From: Alphaproteobacteria bacterium
GTDB taxonomy: Bacteria; Pseudomonadota; Alphaproteobacteria; Rs-D84
Direction: 5' to 3'
NCBI GenBank assembly: GCA_017427405.1
Contig: JAFRSV010000007.1
Location: 5-64,004, forward strand
DNA length: 64,000 bases
In this document: one piece after another, positions 42,424 to 53,700 of the stretch
Layout of the letters: each line of letters opens with the position of its first letter
Position numbering within the stretch: position 1 is the stretch's first letter
Position numbers and translations under genes: made by a program
Notes under the pieces: model-generated
Databases searched by the model: none
Seen by the model: the letters and a program-made list of their open reading frames with translations, nothing else
What the model was told of the DNA's origin: nothing

Positions 42424-44712
42424 TTGATAGGAAGGATGGGAATTTTCGCTGGATGTGCGATTGCGGTGATTATGGCCGCAGTGGCCGATAACGCACAAAA
42501 TCCACGCGCCCTGTCCACCAATATCGACACAAAATCCGATACCAGGGTATTATCAAGAACGGCGACCGTTGGGGCGTTGACACGACGTGCGATTGGTGAA
42601 TCGCGGACACGCGCGGGCACATCGCCGCGTATGGCGGTGCAATCACGGCGTGGAACGGTGGGTGGCGAAACGCGCGCAGTCCCCGATTCGAATCGGACAT
42701 CAATTGCACGGTCGGGTGTGGCACAACCCGCAAATCCGCGGGGTGCGGCGCGCAGTGTGACGGGGCCAGTGGCGGGGATATCGCGGGCGGCGACAACGGC
42801 GCGCGCAACGGCGGTGTTTAATGATTTGTCCAAGATTGGTTCGGGATATGCCGCGTGTCGCGAATCGTATGCAACATGTATGGATCAAATGTGTGCCAAT
42901 GCAAATGATACCTATCGTCGGTGTTTTTGTAGTGATAAATTTTTGAAATTCCGCGATGTAGAAGAATCTTTGGACGAAGCGATGATCATGTTGCAACAAT
43001 TCCAAGATAATAATTTAGAGGCCATTGATAAAACTGCGGACGAAGTAAATGCCATGTATTCCGCCAGTATTGGCGAGGCAGCGATAAAACGCGACACCAG
43101 TGCGTCGGCAAGATTATTGGATAATATAACGAAACTGTTGTCGGGTGGCGGAACGAATTCGACCGCGACGAATATGAATAATTCCATTGGTATATTGGAT
43201 TTGGATTTTTCGGTGGACTTTGATGATGTTTGGTCGGGTGGCGGATTTTCGTTGTTTGATACGGGAAATCAAGATTTGTCCACGTTGGAAGGCACGGCGC
43301 TGTTTAATGCGGCACAGCGGCAATGCACACGCCTTACACAGAATCAATGTGAAAATAACGCAGTATTCACAATGTCGCGCAGTTCGTATAATATCCTTAT
43401 AAGTCAGGATTGTAATACATATGAAAAGGCATTGAACAAGAAAAAAGAAACCGTGGCCCAGGCGGTGCGGACGGCGGAGAAGTATCTGCGCGAAGCAAGA
43501 TTAGAAGAATATCGTGCGCATAATTCGATGGATGTGAATGAATGTTTGGCCAAGGTTCGGACGGCAATGTTGGCCAATACGGCGTGCGGGGAAAACTATA
43601 AACGGTGTTTGGACCCGACGGGTGCGTATATTAATGGTGCAACCGGTGAACCGATTTATTCGCCGCGGCTGTTTCAGTTGGAAAAGACCATAAAGTTGCC
43701 GGGTGTTACGGATGACAATATAAATACAGATATATTGGGCGTAAATTCAACCTATGAAAAATTCTTGGATGGTTATCGTCAATATGTGACCCAGCAACTT
43801 GATACTTGCCGCAGTATTGCTGATTTCGTATGGACGGAATTCAAACGTAATGCGATTATTGAAATTGCCCAGGCGCAGTCGAACAAGATAGAAGAAGTTA
43901 AATCATCTTGTGTTGACACAATTGCGGAATGTTATGATACGCAATCACAATCTCTTGTAAATTTAGGAAGCAAAAAGACGGCGACGACCGCGGGTGCGTT
44001 GGGACGTTATACCGCACGGGATATGTGCCGGGAACAGGTTATGGCGTGTGCAACATTATATAGCCGTGATGGTATGGATTGCACATTTGATGAACGTGGA
44101 CATATTAATAATGGTGGGACGTGCGGCCTTAGTTCATTGATAACTTATGTCAACACGGTTGATGATTTGATGGTTGTTGAAAAGTGCAAGGCGGCGGTCG
44201 ATGAATACTTGGCCGACCTTTGCACGCCGGATGATGATACATACGAATATCCGTATAAATGTAAGGGGTTAGGATCGGATACTTTGAAAGAATATATAAC
44301 GAATTATATTAATGAATATTGCGGTGATCCAATAGATAGAGATAAGAAACCAAGTGATGATGCGCAGTTAAGTGCCTATATAGATTCCGCAACGAATGAT
44401 ATTGTGGCGGAAATGCAATATGAACTTGCCGATATTTGCGAAGGTTTGGGTGGATATTGGCGTAATACCGCGCAAGATGGTGAGACGTCCTTTGATTTAT
44501 TCTATAACAATGTTTATGGCGGTACTGTAAATAATGGCTGGGGATATTGTTATGAAAATTCGGAACGGATGGCGTGCGAAAATTATGGTGATGAATATGC
44601 CGCGTGGAACGCATCAACACAGCAATGCACGTTTAACGATGATTGGTATAAAATGAAATGTCAACAATTGGATGGGGTTTACGAAGGTGGAATTTGTTAT
44701 ATACCGGAATAA
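42424..44712 (+). CDS. Secreted Cys-rich helical protein (762 aa), first gene of fibre operon
   Basis: TTG start 6 nt after GGGGAG (alternative ATG 42436). Signal peptide MGIFAGCAIAVIMAAVA. Arg/Thr/Ala/Gly-rich N-terminal tract, then more than 30 Cys in motifs such as YATCMDQMCANANDTYRRCFCS. Confidence 0.75.
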   Translation: MIGRMGIFAGCAIAVIMAAVADNAQNPRALSTNIDTKSDTRVLSRTATVGALTRRAIGESRTRAGTSPRMAVQSRRGTVGGETRAVPDSNRTSIARSGVAQPANPRGAARSVTGPVAGISRAATTARATAVFNDLSKIGSGYAACRESYATCMDQMCANANDTYRRCFCSDKFLKFRDVEESLDEAMIMLQQFQDNNLEAIDKTADEVNAMYSASIGEAAIKRDTSASARLLDNITKLLSGGGTNSTATNMNNSIGILDLDFSVDFDDVWSGGGFSLFDTGNQDLSTLEGTALFNAAQRQCTRLTQNQCENNAVFTMSRSSYNILISQDCNTYEKALNKKKETVAQAVRTAEKYLREARLEEYRAHNSMDVNECLAKVRTAMLANTACGENYKRCLDPTGAYINGATGEPIYSPRLFQLEKTIKLPGVTDDNINTDILGVNSTYEKFLDGYRQYVTQQLDTCRSIADFVWTEFKRNAIIEIAQAQSNKIEEVKSSCVDTIAECYDTQSQSLVNLGSKKTATTAGALGRYTARDMCREQVMACATLYSRDGMDCTFDERGHINNGGTCGLSSLITYVNTVDDLMVVEKCKAAVDEYLADLCTPDDDTYEYPYKCKGLGSDTLKEYITNYINEYCGDPIDRDKKPSDDAQLSAYIDSATNDIVAEMQYELADICEGLGGYWRNTAQDGETSFDLFYNNVYGGTVNNGWGYCYENSERMACENYGDEYAAWNASTQQCTFNDDWYKMKCQQLDGVYEGGICYIPE

Positions 44713-44727
44713 TAAAAGGGAAGAAAG

Positions 44728-47700
44728 ATGTTAAAGGGCTATAAAATTTTGACCAGTTTTTGCGTTATCTGCGCGACACTTTATGGTGGCGCGTATGGCG
44801 CGGCGAGTGTTCGGGGCGGTGCGACATCACGTGCCGGTTCGATACGGACACTTGGTGCGGGAACAACCGCATCGGTCAAGACAACGACAGCCAGGACGCA
44901 ACCCACCACGACCGCGGCCAATGCAAATACTGAAAGCACGGAATCCGTGGGCGGCATGCGTATGTCGCACGCAACGGGGCTTGGTGGGACAAAGTTACCG
45001 GGCAAGGTATCGGGAACATCAACATCATCGACGGCGTCGAACCAAAATGTTGCGGAACTTCGCCAGGCAATCGAACAACTGCGGAACGACTATGATGCGT
45101 TGGGGGAACAATATAACAATTTGCTGGGCGATGTATCGAATGTTTCCGACACGGCTCAGGTTGCGCATGAAACCGCGACGAATAATACAAATACACTTAC
45201 CGTTGTGCGCAGTGACCTTAGTGTCGCGAAATCTGATATCGAAGATTTAAAGGCGACCGGCGGTTTTGATGAAGAACGCGTGCAGGAGGCGTTGGATACA
45301 ACATTGGCCCAGCGGAATTATGCAACGCGCGGTGAATTGGCCGCAACCGATGCGGTGGCGCGTGGCGCGGTCCAGGTTGCAGATTTGTCGCAAACGTTGA
45401 ACGCATTAAATATCGCCGACAAAGATTATGTGGCAAGTCGCACCCAAGGTGTCGTGAACGATTCGCTTAATATCACATTGGAAAATTATTATACGAAAAA
45501 GCAGGTTAACGATGCCATTGATGTGGCAAAGGTCGGCATGGTTGATAAAAACTATGTTGATAATCAAATTGATGGTTTGGCGGCCAAAACCTATGTCGAT
45601 AATCGCGTGGCCAGTATTCAAACCGGTGTTAGCGAAGGCGCCGTCCAAGGAATTATCAATAATTCGATTGATACACGTTTGGGAAATTATTATACCAAGG
45701 GCGATATTGATAATGCCATTGTTGATGCAATTGGTGCCGCCAAAGATGGTATGGCCGACCGGGATTATGTTGATAACCAGGTTCGTGATTTGGCATCAAC
45801 GGAATATGTTAATGAAAAGGTTGCCGAAATAGAAAGTGGCGTTGATGCGGGCACACTTTACAATATCCTTGAAACCCGCGGGTATAAAACTAGCGCAGAG
45901 GTTCAGGGTATAGTGAACGATTCGATTAATAATACCGTGGCGAATTATTACACCAAGGGTCAGGTTGATAATGCGATTAAGGTCGCGAAAAACGGTATGG
46001 CCGATAGAAATTATGTTGATAATCAAATTGATGGTTTGGCACCGAAAAATTGGGTCAATACGGTTGTGGATGCCAAGGTTAATGCCCTGCCCTTGGGACT
46101 TGATCAAAACGCGGTCCAGGCCATGGTTGAAGGATATGGGTATAAAGATGAAGCCGGTGTTCAAGAAATGATAAACGCGTCCGGGCATGTAAAAACAAGC
46201 GAACTTCCGGATTTGATTAAACAATGGGCCCCAGGTGCGGAAATACAATATGCGGATGGGAAATTGTATTTTGTGGATAAGGATGGAAATGATCGTGTTG
46301 TTGATATCCGTGGGCTTGATGGCCAAGATGGTGCGCAGGTTGAAATTCAGCAAAACGATGGATGGATTCAATGGCATTATGAAGGTGATACAGAGTGGAA
46401 TAATTTGGTTGCTATGTCTGATTTGAAAGGTGCGGATGGAAAGTCTGTTGATATTGGCGTTATTTCAATGTCTGGAATTAAGAATGCCTTGGTATGGAAA
46501 AAAGAAGGCGAAACAAATTCAGATTGGAGATTTTTATACAATTTGGACGATATAAATGGTATCGATGGCTGTGGTGTTCGGGCGGAAAAAACATCTACTG
46601 AAATTGGAACAACGGTGACACTGTTAAAAGATTGTCCAGGGCAACAAGGCCACGGTGATGTCTTGGTTTCGTTTGATGTTTTAAATGGTGCTAAAGGAAC
46701 CGTTGATGATCAACAGATTATAGATGCATTAGAATCCAATAGTGATTTTATGCAATTAAGGCAGTTAAAAAATAAGGTGAATGATCCATCAACAGGATTG
46801 GAAAGTACATATAATTTGGTCGTTGACTTGTATGATAGAGTTGATCATGAAAAAACTGGTCTTGGTGCGACAAATACATTGGCGAATGATGCCTGGGACA
46901 AAGTTAAAGATTTGGATTATGGTGTTACGGCAAAAACTTATGTTAACAGCAGAATTGGCGAATTGGGTATTAATGGTGTTACGCATAGAGAGTTTGAAAG
47001 TGTTGCCGCCAAAATTGGTGACGTTGGCTATACAAATACAGTAAAGGATTATATTGATACCGCGATTGCCGGGGTCAATACGAATATCAAAGTAAGACAG
47101 GGTCGTGATGGTTATACATATATCTGTAAGACCGGAAATAATTGTACGGGTGAACCCGATATATATTCTGACGAATGGGCACGGATTTCTGTGGATGTGT
47201 CGGGTTATCTTAAAAAGGGTGATGCGGATGGGTATTATGCATCCATTTCCACCGAAGGTGTAGCAAATACGGCACAAACCACTGCGACCGAGGCAAAAAC
47301 CAGGGCGAATGATGCGTGGGCTAAGTTAGAAGATTTGGGCAACAATGTAACAGTAAAGAGTTACGTTGATGACTATGTTTCGAATATGGTGGGTAACCTT
47401 GGAATTGATTATATAACGGGTGAAAAATATACTGTTCGTGGTAAAATAGGTAATTTCCCGGGCACCGTTCAGGACTATATTGATACCAAAATCGCCAGCG
47501 TTAGCACAAATGTTCGTGTAGAGGTTGGTTGGGATGGTGGTACGTATATTTGTAAAAAGGGAAGCAGTTGCCAAACGCAAGCCGGCCCGTACAATACTGA
47601 TGAATGGGCGCGGGTAACCGTTGATATGTCGGATTATCTTACCGAAGATGATACAGATAAACTTTATGCGCCGATTTCGACTGTTGCCACCGCGAACGAG

Positions 47701-50697
47701 GCAAAGACCGCCGCCAACACTGCGCAACAAACCGCAAGCCAGGCACAGTCAACCGCGACCGCCGCACAGTCAACGGCGAACGATGCGTGGGGTAAGTTGA
47801 GTGGTCTTAGTGGGACGGTAAAGGACTATGTTGATGATAAGGTTGGGGCTACGGGGTTGGCTATTCGGGTTGAGACTGGTACTGACGGTTATACTTATAT
47901 TTGTACTGCAAGTAACTCGGACTGTCGTGATGGGCCGTCACAAAGTTCTTCTTATTGGAAGAAAATAGATTTTACTATACCTAGTGAATACCTTACGGAA
48001 ACCGAAGGTAACGCTTGGTATGCGCCAAAGGCGGAATATGCGCTGAAATCTGATATCGGTACATTGGGGGGCAGTTTCTCGAGTGTTGCGGACAAAATTG
48101 GGCTTAATAATAATAGTGATTGGACTAATTCGAATAAATCGGTGAAACAATATGTTGATGATAAGTTCAGCAGTATTAGCACAGATATTCAGGTAGAAAC
48201 CGGTACGGATGGGTTTACATATATTTGTAAGACCGGAAGTGGTTGTACGGGCGAACCGAGTCAAAATCCAAGTCAGTGGACTAAGGTTAATGTAGATTTG
48301 GGGACGTTGGGGACGAATCCGTCGTCTGGTCAGGTCTATAATGTCGCTCAGAAAATCGGTTTGACTGATGCTGCAAATGTAAATAAAACGGTTGTTGGGT
48401 ATATCAGTGAGCAGATTGGTTCGTTGGGGTCTTATTATGATACTAGTACATACACATATAAACCCTATGATGTAAAAACTTATATGCAGGCAAATTATGT
48501 TCCGCTTGCAAAACTTGGGGACGATATTAAGAATTCCGAACAAACTGTGGCGGCGTATATTGGGGGTAAGATCGGTGCCCTAGGAAATTATTATGATGCT
48601 GGTACATCTGGTTATGTGCCTTATGCCAGTGTAAAACAATATGTTGATAGTAATTTCGCATTAAAAAGCACTATTGGTGATTTGGGGGCATCTTATACCA
48701 CCGTTGCACAAAAAATAGGACTTACTGATAGTAATGCAAGCAAGACGGTAAAGCAATATGTTGATGAGGCTATCGGGAGTTTGGGGGGGAGTCATACAAG
48801 TGTTGCGGGGAAACTTGGACCTGCAATTGTCAATGGCAGTCAAACCGTGGCTGATTATATCACAGCACAACTTTCCACAGTTAGTACGAGTGTAATAGTC
48901 AGACCAAGTTCTAATGGTAATGATACGTATATTTGCACAGGTACGAATTGTACAACACATTACAATGATCCGGAAAATGATGGTGGCAATTGGACGAAAC
49001 TTAATGTTGATTTGACAGCAATAAATACGATACTTTCTGGGTTTGGAAGTGGTGATGATAAAATACCGACAGTAAAGGGTTATGTTGACGATAAGATCGG
49101 CACACTTGGTAAAATAGATTCTGCGACCAATGCGACCAGTGTTGCGGTAAAATTAGGCTCTGAGATTACCAGTGCAGAAAAAACAGTGGCGCAATATATC
49201 AATGATAAAATTGGTGATATGGGTGGGTATAATAACGGGGTGTATAATGTTTATTATAATGTTGCAAGCAAGATTGGTGATATAGGATCAACCCAAACCG
49301 TAAAGGGGTATGTTGATAATGCGATTAGTGGGTTGTCGAGTACTTATGCGGCAAAGAGTACGGAAGATACGGCGAATAATGCGTGGGATCGGGTAAAGAA
49401 TTTAGGCAAGGATGTGAATGGTGATGATTATACAACTGTTGCGGGGCGGCTTGGGTTTGGTACCGATAACAATACTAAAACTGTAAAGCAATATATTGAC
49501 GATAAGGTTGCGGATGTAAAACCGACTATTATGACGGAAACATATCAGGGAACAACGTATATCTGTTCGTCTGGTAATTGTACGAATCATGCACCAAATA
49601 CTGGTTGGGAAGAGTTGAGTGTTGATTTGTCTGCTTTGGATGACATAGAAGCGATACTTGACGGGTTTGGTGGAGAGGATGAACCGGAAAAAGTAAAGCA
49701 ATATGTGGATAATAAATTTGGTAATCTTGGCACGTACGTAAATGATAATGGTCAGACGCGTTCGTATTCCGTGGAGAATAAACTTGGTCTTCCGAGTGAT
49801 TATGCAAACAAGACGGTGACAAAATATATTGTCGATCGGCTTGGGTTCACAGACGACGATGCCAATAAAACCGTGGCGCAATATGTTGCGGAACACGCGG
49901 CAAGTGGTGGTGTACAGGTACAAACCGTTAGTGGGACAACATATATTTGTAGCGAGAATTGCGACGGTGTGGGTACCCCACCGTGTGCGGATGGTACGTA
50001 TCCGTCCACGTGTGGTTGGCAGAAGTTAGAGGTGAATTTGAACGGTTATGCCACAGAGCAATATGTTGATGATGCGATTGGTACGCTAGGTGGCGATTAT
50101 ACGAATGTTGGTGACAAGATTAATATTAATAGTGGAACGGTAAAATCCTATGTTGATGCGGTTGATAATAAAATTGGGAGTTTGGGATCTCGCGAGGTTG
50201 ATGGTGAGCAGAAACCGTATACCGTTGAAACAAAAATTGGTGGCATACCGGCCGTACAAACAATCAAAGAGTATATTGATAACAATATGCCGAATATTGA
50301 TGTACGACCAGGGACCGGCGATGAGAATAAGAACAAATTGTATATTTGCACAAAGCCGTCTTGTGATACAGAAAATATTCCTGGGGGGACCGATTCTGGT
50401 TGGATCGAACTTGATATTGCAAGTGCGATAAATTTAAGCCTTTATTTGACAAAAACTGATGCGGAGGATATGTACCTTAAACAAAATGGTATTAAATTGA
50501 AACGCGAAGGCAAGGATATCAAAATATGGGGTGGCGGTATTGCGCAAGGTAATGCTTACAAAGTTGCCGATGTTGAAGATTTGATGTGCGCATCGTATAG
50601 GATGGAAGAAATTGGGTCTGATGATCCGGCTTATCAGGCGGATAAAACATCTTTCCGGTTGGTTTGTGAAACAGTTAGCGAAGACGACAATGATTAA
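44728..50697 (+). CDS. Secreted fibre protein with tail-fibre-like repeats (1989 aa)
   Basis: RBS AAGGGAAG. Signal peptide MLKGYKILTSFCVICATLYGGAYG. Coiled-coil-like region. Three copies of NYYTK..(V/I)DNAI...DYVDNQ. Segment IQWHYEGDTEWNNLVAMSDLKGADG. Eight modules containing TYIC...C. Recurrent VK.YVD motifs. Confidence 0.85.
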   Translation: MLKGYKILTSFCVICATLYGGAYGAASVRGGATSRAGSIRTLGAGTTASVKTTTARTQPTTTAANANTESTESVGGMRMSHATGLGGTKLPGKVSGTSTSSTASNQNVAELRQAIEQLRNDYDALGEQYNNLLGDVSNVSDTAQVAHETATNNTNTLTVVRSDLSVAKSDIEDLKATGGFDEERVQEALDTTLAQRNYATRGELAATDAVARGAVQVADLSQTLNALNIADKDYVASRTQGVVNDSLNITLENYYTKKQVNDAIDVAKVGMVDKNYVDNQIDGLAAKTYVDNRVASIQTGVSEGAVQGIINNSIDTRLGNYYTKGDIDNAIVDAIGAAKDGMADRDYVDNQVRDLASTEYVNEKVAEIESGVDAGTLYNILETRGYKTSAEVQGIVNDSINNTVANYYTKGQVDNAIKVAKNGMADRNYVDNQIDGLAPKNWVNTVVDAKVNALPLGLDQNAVQAMVEGYGYKDEAGVQEMINASGHVKTSELPDLIKQWAPGAEIQYADGKLYFVDKDGNDRVVDIRGLDGQDGAQVEIQQNDGWIQWHYEGDTEWNNLVAMSDLKGADGKSVDIGVISMSGIKNALVWKKEGETNSDWRFLYNLDDINGIDGCGVRAEKTSTEIGTTVTLLKDCPGQQGHGDVLVSFDVLNGAKGTVDDQQIIDALESNSDFMQLRQLKNKVNDPSTGLESTYNLVVDLYDRVDHEKTGLGATNTLANDAWDKVKDLDYGVTAKTYVNSRIGELGINGVTHREFESVAAKIGDVGYTNTVKDYIDTAIAGVNTNIKVRQGRDGYTYICKTGNNCTGEPDIYSDEWARISVDVSGYLKKGDADGYYASISTEGVANTAQTTATEAKTRANDAWAKLEDLGNNVTVKSYVDDYVSNMVGNLGIDYITGEKYTVRGKIGNFPGTVQDYIDTKIASVSTNVRVEVGWDGGTYICKKGSSCQTQAGPYNTDEWARVTVDMSDYLTEDDTDKLYAPISTVATANEAKTAANTAQQTASQAQSTATAAQSTANDAWGKLSGLSGTVKDYVDDKVGATGLAIRVETGTDGYTYICTASNSDCRDGPSQSSSYWKKIDFTIPSEYLTETEGNAWYAPKAEYALKSDIGTLGGSFSSVADKIGLNNNSDWTNSNKSVKQYVDDKFSSISTDIQVETGTDGFTYICKTGSGCTGEPSQNPSQWTKVNVDLGTLGTNPSSGQVYNVAQKIGLTDAANVNKTVVGYISEQIGSLGSYYDTSTYTYKPYDVKTYMQANYVPLAKLGDDIKNSEQTVAAYIGGKIGALGNYYDAGTSGYVPYASVKQYVDSNFALKSTIGDLGASYTTVAQKIGLTDSNASKTVKQYVDEAIGSLGGSHTSVAGKLGPAIVNGSQTVADYITAQLSTVSTSVIVRPSSNGNDTYICTGTNCTTHYNDPENDGGNWTKLNVDLTAINTILSGFGSGDDKIPTVKGYVDDKIGTLGKIDSATNATSVAVKLGSEITSAEKTVAQYINDKIGDMGGYNNGVYNVYYNVASKIGDIGSTQTVKGYVDNAISGLSSTYAAKSTEDTANNAWDRVKNLGKDVNGDDYTTVAGRLGFGTDNNTKTVKQYIDDKVADVKPTIMTETYQGTTYICSSGNCTNHAPNTGWEELSVDLSALDDIEAILDGFGGEDEPEKVKQYVDNKFGNLGTYVNDNGQTRSYSVENKLGLPSDYANKTVTKYIVDRLGFTDDDANKTVAQYVAEHAASGGVQVQTVSGTTYICSENCDGVGTPPCADGTYPSTCGWQKLEVNLNGYATEQYVDDAIGTLGGDYTNVGDKININSGTVKSYVDAVDNKIGSLGSREVDGEQKPYTVETKIGGIPAVQTIKEYIDNNMPNIDVRPGTGDENKNKLYICTKPSCDTENIPGGTDSGWIELDIASAINLSLYLTKTDAEDMYLKQNGIKLKREGKDIKIWGGGIAQGNAYKVADVEDLMCASYRMEEIGSDDPAYQADKTSFRLVCETVSEDDND

Positions 50698-50712
50698 TTG
50701 AAGGGATGAAAA

Positions 50713-53700
50713 ATGAGAAAGAATATGATTTTGGGTATAATTGGTTTTGCTTTGGCATTGGTTTCGGGTGGACAGGTGTTTGCCGCATTGGGACCAAATG
50801 ATATTTCCATGGGAACATTTGCAATTCCCCTGCCCGGTTGTGCACCAGAAGTGACTATTGGCGACAAGGATACAAGTACCGGTTGCTATACCATGACGAT
50901 ACAAAGTAAAACACTTCAAAATGGTGTTTGCAGTAGCAGTGAAATATCCCCAACCACAAAACAGGTCTGTGATGGCAAGGATGGTGTCGGTGGCGAAGGG
51001 TGTAGTTCAAAAACCAATGTTACTGGTCCGGATAGTAACGGGTGCTATACGGTTACATTTCAGAAAATGAAGGTAGAAAATGAAGAATGTGTAGAGGATG
51101 GAGAGCCGTTAACTTATACAACTTGTGATGGGGCGACCGAAGTTGTAGATGAAAGGTATGTGCCGTATCCGCAGTCGATGACTTATGATACGGGAAACGA
51201 TGTTCAAATTGGACACGAGGGGTATCGTAGGTTAGAGATAAAGTTTAAGGGGGACGAAAATTCGCGGGTGCTGAAATTCCCGGATCTTTGTGAAGAAGGC
51301 GAGGATGTGGAAGGTCAGAGAATCAAGACATGTATCGCTCAGGGGAATGCCACAAGCTATCCTAATGCTGACGGCAGTCATAGTCTATATCTAACGGACG
51401 ATAAGTATGCTTTTGTTATTGGAGAATCGGAAAGTGGGTTCCCAAGATATGAATATACCGCCCCAAGGTCGGTGAGTGGTTCTGTGGTGGCAAAGGGTTT
51501 CACGCAAAAGGTGTACGCGTATACGGATGGGCGCAGGGTTACTGAGACCGGTGCGACAGATGAGTGTAAGGAATATGCGAAACCTAATGATCGGAGTGCG
51601 CGTGTTACAAAGTGCACCGTTCAAAGTTATCAGTATCCTTCGAATCTGTTGTCAACATGGGTGCCGGGTACTACAGAATATTGTTTGGGTAATCATCAAA
51701 GCGATTGTAGTCAATACACCTTGCTGGTTGGGGCGGTCGATGCGTGTGCGGGGTTGACATCGTCTGATGATGCATGGGAAACGAGAGTCGTTCATTCGGA
51801 ATCAGAATATGTTGAACATGTTTATAATACAGGTTGTACGACAAATTGCACTGGAACCGTTGGATATAAATTAATCAAGGAAGAGATGTGCAATGGGGAT
51901 GTCAATGAAAGTACGAATTTGGATCCGTGTGAGTATGCGACACTGCCTGTGGGTGTTACGTGTGGATCTGGCTATGCATATCAAAGTTGCACACCGCAAG
52001 TGACTGCCTCTGGTTCAACGGCGAGCGCGTATTATGGATGTTTTCCGGATAATTGGAGCGATTTTGCACACAAGAATGATATAGTGCCGGCAAATTTTGC
52101 ATCAGATGGCACTAATCTGTATTGGTGTCAAATTCAAGATTGTGAAAATACGTCTGCTTGCTGGATTGGTGTCAATAAGGCAAATGGGCCAAACCCAAGT
52201 GGGCAATCCGATGGTACTAATTGTTGGGGCGTTGTGTCTATAGATGGACTTCAGGGTGACGCGGGCCCGGGATGTTCGTTTGCCTATTATAACGATAAAT
52301 GGCAGGTGTGTTGTTTGCCGGTCGATTCATCGGGTAATATTAATGTGAATGGTCAGTGGGATTGTAAAGAAGTCACAGATTCCAGCATTTTAAACCAGTT
52401 AAATAATTGGATGTGCAAACCAACGTATACCACAAAATATATAAACAAGAAATCTGATGGAACTTATGAATACAAACCAACGGACACCAATAATAGAACC
52501 GCTGCAACGGTTGGTGTTAGGACAACAATAACAAATTGTGACGGGACAAATGGTGGTGATGTTGATGTGTTTGATGGTCCGGCAGGGGATGATTATGATC
52601 CGTGTGATGGTTTGACGGCGGGAAGTCAGGCGGCACAAACAACGATACTAAATCAAACAAAAGTGTATCGTTCACATCAATATTCAAACAATCACTATAG
52701 CCCTGCGCGTGGGTATTATGAAACGACGGTTACATATTGCGAAGGTAGCGCAACAACCTATACACCAGCGGATGAATGCACGCCTGTGGCGGATGCAAGG
52801 TTGGCACGTAGCACGGGTCAGAGTTGTGCCGACAACCAGGTATTAAAGCGTTGCACGCCACAAGAGGGAACGCAAACACCGTATTTTATATGTGATACAA
52901 CCGAAGTAAGCGGTTATCCAAAGAAAAAGTATTTTGTGCCCACAATTGAAAATGGGAAAATTACCAAAGAGGGTTATACCGCATGGGTGCATAAGTATAC
53001 CAGTACTGGGACAGAAATAGAAGGCGACTTGGCAGATAAAGACGAATGTCACACGGTTTATAAGGTGCAACATTCGAGGTCTGGGGATAATAATGAAATA
53101 TTAACGGCGACGACGCAAACCACACAGAAATGTACTGTGCAAAGTTATACATATCCTAACCCTTCTTCGCCGTGGACAGTGGGCGCGACATATTGCAAGA
53201 ATACAAATGCAAGTGGTAGTTGCACTGGATATAGTGACAGTATTTCGGATTCAGAAACATCGACATTGAAATATAGAGCGCCACTTTTGTCTTCGAGTGA
53301 TTCTGGAGTTCCGGTTAGTGCGGGGTATACGTACTATGATGTGACGGATGGAGATGATGTAAGTGTTCGCGAAATAATAGGCGTAAAAGATGAGTGTTGG
53401 CCGGTTTATAGGACATCAAGTGTTGCGACGACTTATCCGGAAATGACCTGGAAATGCGAGGTTCAATACCCCGGTGATACAACCTCTGGTGCGACATATA
53501 TAACCGGTTACAAATATTGTCTTAATATTACAAACGAAGTGTGTGGAAATTATCAAACAACGCCACCGCAAGAGTTGGATCAATGTAATGGCGGCACTTC
53601 TGCGACAGCGGTTAAAAAGGTGGTGAGTCGGACATACACACGCACCACGGGTAGCCAAGGGGCTTTGACATCGGTGTACAAGATGTGTAACGATGATGAT

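Noticed and set aside
42378-42833. 151-aa minus-strand ORF overlapping the start of the 762-aa gene
   Set aside because: It is an antisense artefact of the locally GC-rich Arg/Ala/Gly tract. The sense ORF has an RBS, a signal peptide and 762 continuous codons.
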